This document shows positions 13,620 through 26,701 of a stretch of 64,000 nt of DNA, piece after piece (the stretch's first letter is position 1; each line of letters begins with the position of its first letter). The stretch comes from Camelus ferus (lineage: Eukaryota), in contig NC_045697.1 of NCBI RefSeq assembly GCF_009834535.1, positions 11,038,001-11,102,000 of the forward strand, written 5' to 3'. Under the pieces are notes generated by a model, which saw only the letters and a program-made list of their open reading frames with translations, did no database searches and was not told the origin of the DNA. Made by a program: the position numbers and the translations under genes.

Positions 13620-15215
13620 TATACATGCAAAGAAAAATCTTAAAATATTACCAAAGGACACAAAAAGGACCTTAATATTGGAAAAGCTATCCAATGATTA
13701 GAAAGACCGAACATCATAATGCTAGCAATTCTCCTAATGATAATTAGTAAATTTAACAGGATTCCAGGAGAAAACCAGTAAATTTATTTTTAAATTAGGT
13801 AATCTAATTCTAAAGTTTAGATTAAAAAATAAAGATTTAAGAATTCCACATAAAAGCATAATGATGTGATATTAATTCTACTAGATACCAAAGGGTATTA
13901 TAAAGCAACAGTAATGTTTAAAGTTTGGTATTGGATAAAAATTATAAAGATGAGTTAACAGAACAGAAATTGGGGTCCAGAAAAGGAATCAAATATTTAA
14001 GGCAAGGTAAAATATGCTAGATCAGTATTTCAAATCAGTGGGAATAATATGCATTAATCAACTACTGGTGTTTGGACAACTGCATAATTAAATAAATTCC
14101 TCACATTTTATACCCCCCAAATTCCATGTGGATCAATTAATTAAATATAAAAAAGTCCTTAATTTTAAAAGTGGCCTTAGAAAGCATAGAAGAATGTATT
14201 TTCAATATTATTAGCTCAAAGGGGGCTAATACTAAATAAGAAATGCAAACAGAAGACATACAGCAAGCACTGGTTCATTTAACACCCTCCCCCCAAATCA
14301 AGGATAAAACAACCTTGCAGAAAATTTAAGAAACCCCTACAAGCTTGTAATGTAATTTCAATTATATCACAACAAAGTGTGTGCTTTCTTAAAATATAAG
14401 AAAAGAACAAGCCAAAAGAAAAATGGGTAAATTATATGAACAAATAATTCACAAGAAAGGAAATACAAATGACTCAAGTATATGAGAAGATAATAAATCT
14501 CTCTTGTAATAAGAGAATGCATATTGCAACGAAAATGAGATACCATTTTTCATATATAATATTGAAAAATATAAAAATTTGATAAACTTTAGTAGTTGAA
14601 AACTGTGGAAAACAGTCATTTCATGGGCTGCTGGGGAAACTGAAACTTGGTACAGCCCTTATGTTGAACAACTTGACAATATCTATCAAAATTACAATGT
14701 ATGTGCTTTTGGACCTGACAATTTCTCTTCCAGGAATTTCTCCTACAAATTTAGTCTTTTAGTTGCTCCTGTGTAAAGTCAGAGAAGATATTTGCACATC
14801 ATTGCTAATGATAGAAAAAGATTAGAAATAACTTAAATGTCCATGAATAAAGCACTTGTAAAGTAAATTATGCTATATCTCTAGAGTGACATATGTCTTT
14901 AGGATGTATCTCTGCTGATTTTACAAGGAATGTCACTGCTCAACACTTAGAATCGTATGCACAGTATATTACTATTTGCATGCACGTGTATGTGTGTGTG
15001 TGTGTATATGTGTGTGTTTAAAGCAATATATGCTTATAATATATGCATAGAATATCCCAGAAAGAAAATGCAGGAAACTGGCAATGTTGGTTACCTCCAG
15101 GGAGGGGAATTGAGAGGTTGAAGCTAGATGTGAAAAGTATGTATTTTTAAAGGTTTTTACATTTTTTGAATTTTGTAGTATATGGACAAGTTATCTATTC
15201 AAAATGTAAATAATT
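13620..15215 (+). mobile_element. Old, degenerate L1M (ORF2 3' part plus 3' UTR)
   Basis: A-rich; aacaaataattcacaagaaaggaaatacaaatgac, atgagataccatttt, ttggttacctccagggagggg. Confidence 0.75.
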
Positions 15216-17353
15216 AAGTTTTTAATGAGATAATGAGTGTTAAGTAAGTGACTTGCAGTACATGGCACAGGATTGCCAGGCAATAAATGGCTGTTATATT
15301 TGCTATCATAATGTTAAATAGGAATTGGATGATGATGGTGGAAAATGGAAAAATCATGGAGTCAAATGGTTGTTTTTCTTGGATATGGGGGTCCCTGTCC
15401 CTCAATATAAAGATGAACCATATGAAATAGCCAATATTTAACAATGTTTGATCTGCAAAAAGAGAGATTTCATACAATTCAGCCCCAAATTACTTTCTTC
15501 TGTGTATATTAGACTGTAGGTGATAGTGACAATAACAGTGGCCATCAGTTCAATTATTCCTCGCCATCCAAACCCATCTGGTTTCCAAATTTGGTGAGTG
15601 AAAATTCAGAGAGTGAGTTGGAATAATGGGGATACTGAACTACTTGAACCAATTCGGTTCCCCAGTTTTAGATAGTGAGTAGCTTGAATTGGATAAGGAA
15701 GAGTTTATTTAAACATTTTCCCTGAATTCATTGATTCCTGAATTAGGATAACAAGAGTCTGAACACTGAGGGATGGGATAGTGAGTAAGGGGGTACCAGT
15801 TTTTGCAAAAAACCACAAAACACACACACAAAACCTTACAGCTTACAAAACATTTTCGTATAAGTGGCCTCATGTATTCTTTAATCTTTTAAGGTGTTAT
15901 CCCTCCTCCCTCCCCATTTTACAAAAGGGAAACTGTTTCTGCTTTTAATTGCAAGCCAGTGCTAACCTACCCAACACAATTAGTGTTGAGGGAATTGACA
16001 AAGGACAAGACCCACAGCCAGGGCATGACCCCTGCCCAATGGTAAGACTAATTTCACTTTCTCTCCAAAGCAAACATTTGTCCTTCCTGCCTCCCATCTG
16101 TTAGTACAATACTCAGAGTCCTAAAGCTCAGAAGTTGTGTAAATGGCAAGGTTGCTACCATTTTGCATATGTTTGTAAATCCTGTTAATCAATATCAAGA
16201 AAACTTGCATTTTTCCACTTGAGTCTCCTCCTCATGGTAAAGTTATGCAAGAATATGGTAGATGACCACAAATGTCTTCTGTAGGTAAAGCAAAGGTAGA
16301 ATCCAAGAGGGACATTAGAAAAGGAAGGAAGAAAAACAATTCCTTTGATCAATTCTTAAGGCTCCAGATTCTTTTTTCCTATAAAAGCCATATTGTGAAG
16401 TTCCTGGAGTTGAGTTCTGTTCTTATGCCAAAAGCTTCCATGATGATCTATGGCAACCTTGAACCAAAAAGGGGTCACTTCATCGCTACCTTATTTCACA
16501 AAGCTTGGGAAACAGACAAGAAGAGAAGCGGAATAAATTAGCTGACTTCTCAGGTAGACTGCCAGGCTCATGATATGAATGAACTAAGAAAAGTTTTATG
16601 GAAATCAGAAGCAACATGTATGAGCTTCTCATGAGCCTAGAAAAATTTAGTATTAAATAAGACAGTCTGCTGGCTAGAGACCAGAGCAGAATCTTGGCAT
16701 ACAGTACGGGCTCAGTAAACATTTGTGACTTGAATAGATATGAATGAATCTTGCAAATGAAGACCAAAACCAGAAACCATCTTATAATAACAGGAGGGTA
16801 GACGTGGGTCAGCCTCAAACCTCTTGGGTTTTGTTTCCTCATTTCTAGCATAGGATTAATTAATTGTTTTATTTGTGGTATTTGCTAGTATTTCTATTTT
16901 GTATTCCCTCTTTTTAGAATGTTTGAGTAGAAGTCCTTAGAAGTCATGCTTATCTCCCTTGTTTTATAGATGTGGAACATTTATCAAATAAAGTTAATGA
17001 CATCCCTCACCTACTCTCACAGGCAAGATTGTTTATGAATTGCAAATAAGAACATTAAGTCCTCAGAGAAAAGTGCTACAGGTGTTCAGTCTCTGATGTC
17101 AAGGATGGTTAACAGCCTTCACATAAGTGTACTCAAGTATTCCAAGGCAACACTTGGATTTGGGATTTTATAAGTGGTTTGCTCTTTAAAACTTCCAACT
17201 CATAAAGGAGCACATCTTAAGTTCAGCAGACTTAAAATTACTGGTTCTCTATTCAAGAAAGAAGAAACAAGAGTCCTGCTTTCAAAACACCTATACAAGG
17301 AAGAAGATTCACTTATAAACATATGTTTCCATTCAGGGAAGAGGATTCACTTA

Positions 17354-17587
17354 TGATGCAAAAATTCTCAACAGAATACTAGCAGATCGACTAATGATAC
17401 ATTAAAAGGATCATACACCACGATCAAGTGGGATTTATCCCAGAGATGCAAGGATTTTTCCATATCCACAAATCAATCAGTCTGATACACCACATTAACG
17501 AATTGAAGAATAAAAACCATATGCTCCTCTCAATAGATGCAGAAAAAGCTTTTGATAAAAGTCAACATCCATTTATGTTAAAAACTT
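17354..17587 (+). mobile_element. Internal L1 ORF2 reverse-transcriptase fragment
   Basis: Encodes DAKILNRILA, then after a frameshift [63 protein letters not shown]. No 3' UTR or poly(A). Confidence 0.92.
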
Positions 17588-17922
17588 TCTCAAGTTGAGT
17601 AGACTTAAAATTATTGGCTCTCAATTCAGGGAAGAGGAGAGAAGATTCCCACTTTCAAAACACATTCCAATGACAGGCATAAGAGGCAGGGAAACAATAG
17701 AAGGGTAAAACTGATACTTCAAGGAAATTCAACTGATGAAAAATGCTATAAGGAAGATAAGCCAGGTAAGGAGGCGATAGAAAATAACTGGGGTGAGGAC
17801 GCCATGCCAGACAGGCTGACCAGGAAGGACTTCTTGGAGTAGGTGATATGTCCTGAGGTCTGAATAAGAGGGAGCCAGCCATGCAAAAATCTGGCCAGAA
17901 TATCCCAGGCAGTGGGAATTAC

Positions 17923-17961
17923 AATGATGATGATGGTGATGGTGATGATGATGGTGATGAT
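17923..17961 (+). repeat. (GAT/GGT)n trinucleotide repeat at a MIR tail
   Basis: atgatgatgatggtgatggtgatgatgatggtgatgat. Confidence 0.9.
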
Positions 17962-17964
17962 AAA

Positions 17965-18150
17965 ACAGCAAATATTTATTGAGGACTTACTATGTGCTAG
18001 GAGTTACTCTAAGCACCAGTACCATTTCATTTAACTCTCTCACTGAATCACTGATATAAGGGACTATCACTATCCTGATTATATTGATGAGGAAACTGAG
18101 GCACAGACAAGATAGAGACTGGCTAAGGTTCTATTGCTAGATAAATAGTT
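17965..18150 (-). mobile_element. MIR inserted in an L2 (L2 at about 17680-17920 and 18160-18400)
   Basis: atttattgaggacttactatgtgc...gatgaggaaactgaggcacaga. Confidence 0.85.
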
Positions 18151-19661
18151 TGATACAGCAAGGACAGAGGCTTTGCCATGGGGAGGAACTCAATATACTG
18201 GAAAAGCAAAAATCAGGCCAGGGGACCGGTGCCTGCTATGAGATGAAGTTGGGGAGGTCGATCCCTTAAGGCCGTGCAGACCAAGCTAAAGATTCTGGAT
18301 TTTCACCTGATGGTTTTAAGCAGACAGTTTTAAGGTGCACCTCAGAGGAATGACATGACTCGATCTATGTTTTTAAAATGTGTTCAGGCACGAGGGATAG
18401 TAGTCTGGGTGTAGTGACAGGCATGAAAGTTTGGGAGATGAGCAGTGACCCTGAGGCCTGGGATTTGGGAGAAGTCTGAGGATGGAAGAGGTCATGGGAC
18501 AATTCCTGTTAGGGTTTTGTCCTCCCTGAGCTTACGTGTTCAGTGTTCTCCATTGTTGACAATTGTATGATGATAACCTGGCAAAACAGCCTGGTCATCT
18601 CAGTGGAAATGACTGGCCTCATTCAGGTCTTCAACCTGGCTCTTGTTAGGAGGTGACATTCCTGCAGCTGACAGTACGGACGGCACCAGGCCAGCATGGA
18701 ATCGATCCCATCCCAGCCTGGTGGATTACCGGCTGAATGACCTTAGATGAGTTCCACCTTCTTCTGTAAAATGGGGCCACTAACACCTACTTCCCAACCT
18801 GGTTGTAAGGCTTAAATAAACCCAAGATTGTGTCTTGCCCACAGTAGATATTCAACAATACCAGTTCACTGCCCTCTCTTCTCCTTTGGAATGTGTGTGG
18901 TGGATATTTTAAACTTGATTTGTTTTCTCTTCTTTATGGTACACATTTACAGCCATGTCCAAGCTCGTTATGAAGATCAGGACTGGGGAGTTTACCCTTA
19001 TCTGCCTTCTCCCCATTTACATATTTGTTTATTATCTACCTACTCTGAGCCTTGAACTCTGCTAGGGACAGATGATCAGGTCATATGGTCTGATTACAGT
19101 GGCTAACTCTGAAGGACGTGAGTTTTCTGTGGGCAGTAAGTGGTGTGAAGCAAGATCATCAGAGACCCGGCACAGGGCAAGGTCTCAAGCCTCAGAGCTA
19201 AGCAGTGAAACTTACTAGCCCCTTTGCACATTTCAGGCCACTTCCCTGCCTGTGCTCTTAAATTAAAATAAATTCAAACAGCTCTCCCTTTGCCCCATGT
19301 CCTGCATTTTCTTGACATACTTTTTAACCCATTCAACACAATTAGGAAGGCTATTTCTCAGAACGATGAACTCTGGGCTCCATCTTGCACTTAACTTTGC
19401 AAACTCAGTCTTTCCTCCGCAGGCTGCCAATTTCCCACCTAACCATCTCCCTTGATACTCAGTGTCTTGTTCAACAACAATTTCTTTCTCTTTCTCTACT
19501 GCCTGAGACTGGGAAATTACTTTTTTTAATCCCAGCCCTATTTGTACCTTTAAGGCCAAGAATTTTAGAAGCACATGTGGCTCTGAAATTGTTTTCAGTT
19601 ACGATTGCTCTGTTAAAATACTATTTTTGTTTGTTTGTGTGCATGTATATATATATACATG

Positions 19662-19664
19662 GAT

Positions 19665-19701
<37 letters not shown>

Positions 19702-19739
19702 TTGAAGTATAGTTGATTTACAATGTTGTGTTAGTTTCT
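19662..19739 (-). mobile_element. Extreme 3' tip of L1 with (TTTA)n tail
   Basis: (ttta)n followed by ttattgaagtatagttgatttacaatgttgtgttagtttct. Confidence 0.8.
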
Positions 19740-20137
19740 TCTTTTAATGTTCTGGTAGCCATTCCCTTTGGCTTGACTTTAGAAATCACTGTTTTCTGGA
19801 CACTGGGATGTCTCTATGTTATGGTTACTTTACTTCTTTAAGAGTCAACTGCTTTAATTCCCTTATTATGTGGTCCTGGTCATATGTACTACTTTTCCAT
19901 CTCCAAACACAATTAAAAGTGCCCTTTGGGTGTTCCAGATTTTAATCATTCTGTGTGGGGAGTGTTCCCATGGCTCAGAAGGCCTCTCTCTGCCTCCTTT
20001 CAGATACAGCCCCTTCTCCGAGGAGGGGGAGGGGGAGGAGGAGGAGGCAGAAGAGGGGAGTGGGAAAGTCAGAATGAGGTATGACAGATGATAACTTTGT
20101 TTCAGGGACCAGATCCCTCACTCTTTTTTTTTTTTTT

Positions 20138-20358
20138 AACATTACTGTATATAAAAGCGATAAACAACAAGGACCTACTGTACAGCACAGGGAACTATAT
20201 TCAGTTTCTTGTAATGAGCCATAATGGGAAAGAAACTGAAAAAATATATATGTATGTATGTGTATGTATAACTGAATCACTTTGCTGCACACCTGAAACT
20301 AACATTGTAAGTCGACTATACTTCAATAAAAATAATAATAATAATAAAAAAACCCAAA
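20138..20358 (+). mobile_element. 5'-truncated cetartiodactyl-type L1 3' end
   Basis: cagggaactatattca...ctatacttcaataaaa with an A-rich tail. TSD cagatccctcactctt (20110-20125) / caaatccttcactctt (20359-20374). Confidence 0.9.
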
Positions 20359-21471
20359 CAAATCCTTCACTCTTAATGCACCATTTTCTCTGTACAGATT
20401 TTTATCTGTAAAACAGGGATAATCATTCCTATCTCATCCTTTTACTGAGGACACATAGAAGTTCCCAGTGAGCTAATGGCATTATGATGATCATGGTGAT
20501 TCTGGGTGGTCCCTAAATTAGATTCACGTCATGGTGCTCTAAGCCAGTGCTTTTCCAACTGCCAGTGACACGTGCTCCCAACCTTTGTCTAGTGGATACA
20601 CACCATGTGAGTTGGATAGCATCTGACCTGCTCTGGATCCTGGTCAGTGGGCTGAGTCCACTGGATGAACTTGCATGTCCTGACAATGTCCAACTGCTAT
20701 AGTAGTTTTAACTTCTCATTTTCTGGATTTCTCTCATCACAAACTGGTGACAAAGAGTTTACAAACTTGCAGTGACCCATGGACTGCACCGTGAATAGCA
20801 TACTTTAGACTGTGAGGCTTTTGAGGGTTTATACTGTGCAGGCACATTGGGAAGCACAGGAGATCTTCTGGGTTGGTTCCTGCCCCTCCAGACTTCAGTG
20901 CTTAGGAAGAGTGTGATGCTGGTCTTTCTGCATGAATGGGGAAAGGTCTGCCCAGGGGCCAGCCCACTCTGACCAATAACTATGGTTCATCTCAACCTCT
21001 GAGCAAGGCTCCTGTTCTATCCTCAGGCTTGGCTTGGCATTTAGATGGGAAAGCGGGTTGGATTGTAATCCTTTCTCGTGTCATAAAACTAAGGAAAATA
21101 TCCTGGTTGGCAGTCAAGCCTTAGAAAAAACCCAAAATCCAAAAAACAAACAAAAAACCTCAGCAGAATTCCAAATGCTGACTCCAGCCACAGTCACTCT
21201 CCCAGAGGCTACTCCGTGTCATTCTGTTGAGGGTCATTTTCCAAAGTTAATTGCCTAATTCTTCTACTCATTGGATGATACTCCTTCCCTATCAGTAGAA
21301 GCTACATGCAGGGACCAATGCTGTTCATAGTGTAACAATAATAGCAACAAAAATCTTCATTAACTTGGGAAATTAAAGGTACAGGATCAAAAAACATTGC
21401 TGCGAAACCTCAATGCTTTCACACCCAGTTGAAGACACCACTTATTTTTTTAAGTTCATTTGAATCATTTA

Positions 21472-21554
21472 AAAATTTTTATTTAAATTTGTTTTATTGA
21501 TGTATAGTTGATTTACAATGTTGTGTTAGTTTCTGGTGTACAGCATAGTGATTC

Positions 21555-21599
<45 letters not shown>

Positions 21600-21723
21600 T
21601 AGATAGATAGATATATATATTCCTTTTCAGATTCTTTTTCATTATGGGCTATTTCAAGGTATAGAATATAGTTCCCTGTGCTATACAGTAGGACCTTGCT
21701 GTTTATCTATTTTATATATAGTG
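21472..21723 (-). mobile_element. 5'-truncated L1 3' end with internal (TA)n(GATA)n microsatellite (21557-21620)
   Basis: ttattgatgtatagttgatttacaatg...atatagttccctgtgctatacagtagg. Confidence 0.9.
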
Positions 21724-22059
21724 ATCCTGCTTATTTGAATGAATAGACTTATTTAATGATAACAACGAAAGGTGATAAAGAGCACTGAAAACACTCAATG
21801 ACAATGATTATACATCTGAAATAACATTTGTATTGGAAACGGGGTTCCAAATATATAGTACATGCCTCAGAATCCCTCCTGCCACCCTTCTTGGCAGATG
21901 TCAATCATTAATTACTTTTCTTTTTTCCGATCTCTCATGTGGCTTTAGAATCTCAGTGTAGCATTCAAGGCAATGACCGATGTGTAGGAGATAATACATT
22001 GAGTGAGACTTCTTTGGCTTCCGGGTGGAGTAATTTCAAGTTACACATGATTTTCAACA

Positions 22060-22450
22060 TGCGTTATCATTTTAACCCTCACCTGTGATGCAGTTACTGT
22101 GATTCACAAGGTACATGATCATCCACACATGAGAAAACCGGGGCTCTGAGAAATTGAGGCAGCTCATCAGTATCATATAAGAAGTAAGAGGCAAAAGTGG
22201 AATTTGAGCCCTATCCGCTGCTCTCGACAGCGCAGGAGTATTGATTCTGCCGCTTCTGTGTGCCAGGCCCTTATAATTTGTAACTCATCTAATCTTATAA
22301 ATGACAATCTGTGCCAACCTGTGAGACATCATTCTTTCTGATTTTCAGACGAGGAAAGTGGGGTTCGGAGAATTTAAACAACCTGTTCAAGGCCATTATA
22401 GGCAATAAGGGGGTTAGGATCTCTCTGAATCTGAAGCACGTTTATTTTTC
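22060..22450 (-). mobile_element. Two adjacent MIR copies
   Basis: atgagaaaaccggggctctgaga and tttcagacgaggaaagtggggttcggaga cores. Confidence 0.65.
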
Positions 22451-23294
22451 TTAACACGTGGTCTCCACAGCTCAGCCTCCACTTTCAGAGAACACCATCG
22501 GGAGCAGGACGTGGCAAAGGTATTCAGAGAGTGGTGTTAAGGACAGCAGCACCAGTGTTTGACATTTGGAGAAATGATTAAATTAGCCTCACACTGGAAT
22601 ATTTGCGGCTTCTATAAATGGTTAATAGGATGACTCTGTAGAAACATGAAAAAGTGTTTACCAAATAACATTAAGAGATTGTATGTATACTGATTACATT
22701 TATGCAGAAATTATGCAGGTAGATGGGTAAAGAGTAAGAGGAAACACAAAGAAAGTGTCTTTTGGCTGAGATACAGGATAAGAAGACATTTTAAAGTTTG
22801 CGTTAAACATAATACTTAAAAAAAGTTTATGTATCCAAGCATCAGGAAAAAACTGGCCAAAGGAAATAGACAAAAATAACCACTCATGAAGAAATATGTC
22901 CTCAAGATTTGAAAGATTACATTTCCAAAATAATGAGCAGGGCATAACAACACTTAGAGTAAAAATTAAATACTGATGCGGAGCAAGGAGAAGTAGTGGT
23001 ATCAGAATAACAACCTGACATTGGGAACTTGGAGTATTTTAAGTGGAACTTTTGCACACTCGAGCAATCTGGAAGCTGCCTGCCATGTTTCTTTCACTTC
23101 CTCAATGCATTCAACTCTTCTCCTTTTTAGATTTCATGGCGATGTTCTAGGTAGTGACTTTGAAAATGAATCACACACTTTTTTCTAGCTGCTGTTGGGC
23201 AACTGAATTTATCTGAGTTCTATTACTTTGTGTGTGTGTGTGTGTGTCGTTCAAAATCTGGTCTTCTATTTACCAAACTTCCATCCACCAACCA

Positions 23295-23800
23295 CCCATT
23301 CAAGAAACATTTACTGGGTGTTCATTGTGATCGAGACCTTGTGAGGCCTTAGAAATACAAGATAATCAATCTGTCTTCAGGTGGCTCTGAGTCTAGTGGA
23401 GTGACAATTCTTATGCAGCACCTACGAAGAGGGAGGCAGGGGGAACTGGAGGAGCAGCTGCCCCCGCTAAGAGTCAATGAGAGATTCTCAGAGGAGGTGG
23501 TGGACGATGAGTCCTGAAGGATGAGGAGTAGCCAGGCTGGAAAAATAGGATGGGAAGGGAGGGGCAGCAGCAGTGGTCCAGGCAGTGAGTCAGACTGCAA
23601 AGGTGTGGAGGCCACAGAGCAGGACCAGCTCAGGGAACTGCTGGTGGTTTGTGTGGCTGACATGACATGAGAGATGGGGCAGGAGAATGGGCGGGCCTGG
23701 GAAGCAGCAGAGACCCACTCATGGAGGGCCTTGAATGCCAAAGTCAGAAGCAGAGCAACTGACTGGTGCACTAGAAACTGTAAACAAGTCCAACTTAAGT
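23295..23800 (-). mobile_element. L2 fragment
   Basis: gagtcctgaaggatgaggagtagccaggc...gcaaaggtgtggaggc...ggagggccttgaatgccaa. Confidence 0.75.
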
Positions 23801-24639
23801 CATCTGCTGAGGCCGACAAGGATGGGGTATCCTCAGGATATTAGGAGAGGAGGAATATTCTGGGAGGACCCGAGGTCCCCAGCTGAGGGTGGATGATGTG
23901 AACTAGAAACAGATTTATTCACAACAGTATCTTCAACTTCCTGCAAAGGTGTAGGTGCTTTATCCATTCCTGGAAACACACCCCCACACCATCCCTTTTG
24001 TGGCTGGCACATGGTAGATGCCACCCAAAATGTCCCTTGGTTAGACAACTGACTTAAAATTTATAAACCAAACCAAACTACTCCAAATCTTCAAGAAGGT
24101 TTTCAACTGTATAAACCAGTGTTGTCCCTGCAGCACGGACAGTGAACAAGGACCGTCTGCTCTATCACTGATGAGAGACGAGTGAAACGGTACACTGCAC
24201 TCCTGGCCATCATGGAAGCTTGTGTGGGTTTTCTTTAAAGGTTTATGGACATGGTTCCTGCATGACCAACCCACATTCTCTTTATGGGACAAGAAGTGAC
24301 ATAGACATCAATTACTTCTCCTTCAATTTTAAAGTCTTATTCTTTACAGCTATTTAATGGTTCCTCCACACAGTAAACATTCACACGTAAGAACTGCATA
24401 TAAGAAATGTTGAAATGATGGCAATTTCAAACCCTGAGTTAGAGAGGGCTTTCACTCTGACGAAAGGCAAGGGGAGAATTAAGGAAGAATAATCAGACTC
24501 CTGGGGGTGCTGGCCCATGAGAGCTCTTCTCGTAAGCTCTGAATACAGGAGAATCCAATGAACAACTTGATTCTACCCAGGAGAAAGGACCAGACACCCT
24601 TATAAGAGCACACTTGGCAAAGAGAAGGGAGATCCTCGT

Positions 24640-24797
24640 GAATTTATCTCACTAGAATCCAGTGAGGCGGGTCTTATGCCCTATTTCCCAAAAAAGGAAA
24701 CAGGCTGAGAGAGGTCAAGTAACTTGCCCAGGGTCACACAGCTAGCAAATAGCTGTCCTCAGACACATACTCCTGTCTTTCTGACTCTCAAGCCCAG
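24640..24797 (-). mobile_element. MIR
   Basis: gaggtcaagtaacttgcccagggtcacacagctag. Confidence 0.85.
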
Positions 24798-26270
24798 GAC
24801 TTGGTAGGCTGGGAGGCAACAGAGGGAAGACAAGCAATCTGACACTCAAATCAAATGCCAACAGCTGTTCTGTTGTCACTTCCAAAGCATCAGGCTGCCA
24901 GCGTCCCCCAAAGGGTGCTGCCAGGAGTGCAGCCGTCACCTGTGTTCGCACTGCACCCAAGCTGTGCTGTGGTGCTTCTCTGGCTCCTTCCTCCAACGAG
25001 GGGAGCTGCCTGGTCCCACTGACTTATTCCCTGATGGCAGGCCTCCCTGCGAATGCTGGGAATTGCATGGGAACAAATGAGCTTGTTTTGGAAAACCTGG
25101 GTGATTATAACTGCTTACCTTCTATATTGCTTAACTTTGTTTCATGAAGGACAAAGCTTATTGAAATTTCAGATGTCTGGGTTATTTAACATCTTTATCC
25201 CTCCTTTCCAAAGCAGGGTACACTGATTTGTAAAATTCTCCTCCTGATTTAGAAGGCCTTGGATAAATATTGGCCAACATAACCGTCTAAACTCTTTTTC
25301 TGATACTGGGCCTGATTATTGAAGTTCCTTGTTCACTAGATTTAAACAACACTTCACATGACCTGAGGCTTAAGGCAAAGGCCCAGCTCCAGGATGGGGA
25401 AGCTCCAGGTTTTAAAGTCGTTTCATAAATGTATTTTTGACTGCTCAGCTGTCTTACAAATATTAGGTGATGAGAATACTAGGCGAATCTTAGATTCTGG
25501 TTCTAAACTGAAGAAATAAACTTTGTTTCTCATTCTTAGCAGGTCTCATCACAGAAGCCTGTGTGCCCTGGTTTTGGGCCCTGAGTTTGAGATTCTGCTC
25601 AGTCATGACCAGCCCAGGGTCCCACAGCTGTTGATGGGAGGTTGGCTTCGATCTTGACCGCCTTCCCGAGGCCCATGGGTCCTTCCCTGGGCGCTCACAG
25701 GCCCTGTCCCTTCTTCCGTGTCAGCCCGCCTCACTGGAGCTGCCATAAACCTCACCCCGCCAGCCTTGCCCACCAGCCTGTGAGCAGCAACCCCAGAAGG
25801 AGGCCACATCTCCATAACGAGGGCCTGGCACAGTGCTAGGAAGGCAAGTGGGCTCAATATGTGTCCTGACCCAATCAACAGATGGGAAAAGGATTGAGGG
25901 AGGGGAGGCAGGAAAGGCGAGCGGCCGCTGAACCCAGATGCACGAGCCAGGAAGTCAAGGCGTGGTCAGTGGACGCAGAGTGGGAGCAGAGAGCCGCACG
26001 CCACGCTGCTCAAGTGGCTCCAGTCTGAAGGCCAATGATGGGCACATAGTAGGTGCTCAATAAACTATGAGAACAGACACTAAGTGGGCACTTCTGCCCC
26101 AGACCCTGGGCTAAGCCCTCTACATGGCCTGTCTCACTTAATACTCAGCAAATCCTACAAGAAGCTGATACTACTTTTGGCAAAGTAGATTAAGGCCTCA
26201 GTGAGAGGTGCTGCCTCCCCTGTCGAGGCAGGAAAGACACTGTGCAGCTCCTAACTGCATCACCATTCTA

Positions 26271-26701
26271 TGCAGTAATGCCATTTGCAACAACATGGAT
26301 GGACCTAGAGATTACCATACTAAGTGAAGTAAATCAGAGGAAGACAAGTAGCATATGATATCAATTATACATTCAATCTGAAAAAAAGATACACATGAAC
26401 TTACTTCCAAAACAGAAACAGGCTTACAGACACAGAAAACAAACTTATGGTTACCAAAGGAAAAGGAGGGGGATAAATTAAAGTTTGGGACTAACAGATA
26501 CACGTTACTGTATATAAAATAGATAAACAGCAAGGTCCTACTGTATAGTACAGGGAACTATATTCAATATCTTGTAACAAACTATAAGGGAAAAGAATCT
26601 GAAAAAGAATATATATGTATAACTGAATCACTTTGTTGTACACCTGAAACTAACACAGCATTGTAAGTCGACTATATTTCAATTAAAAAATTGAAAGAAA
26701 A
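26271..26701 (+). mobile_element. 5'-truncated L1 (ORF2 end plus 3' UTR)
   Basis: gccatttgcaacaacatggatggacctagaga...ctatatttcaattaaaa. Perfect 12-bp TSD atcaccattcta at 26259-26270 and 26702-26713. Confidence 0.95.

Noticed and set aside
15535..15770. Possible Tigger-type MITE termini (cagt...attattcc / ggaataat...actg)
   Set aside because: The inverted repeats are too degenerate to call by eye; needs a Dfam search.
17729..17971. ORF with a poly-histidine run
   Set aside because: Translation of a (GAT/GGT)n microsatellite plus L2 sequence.
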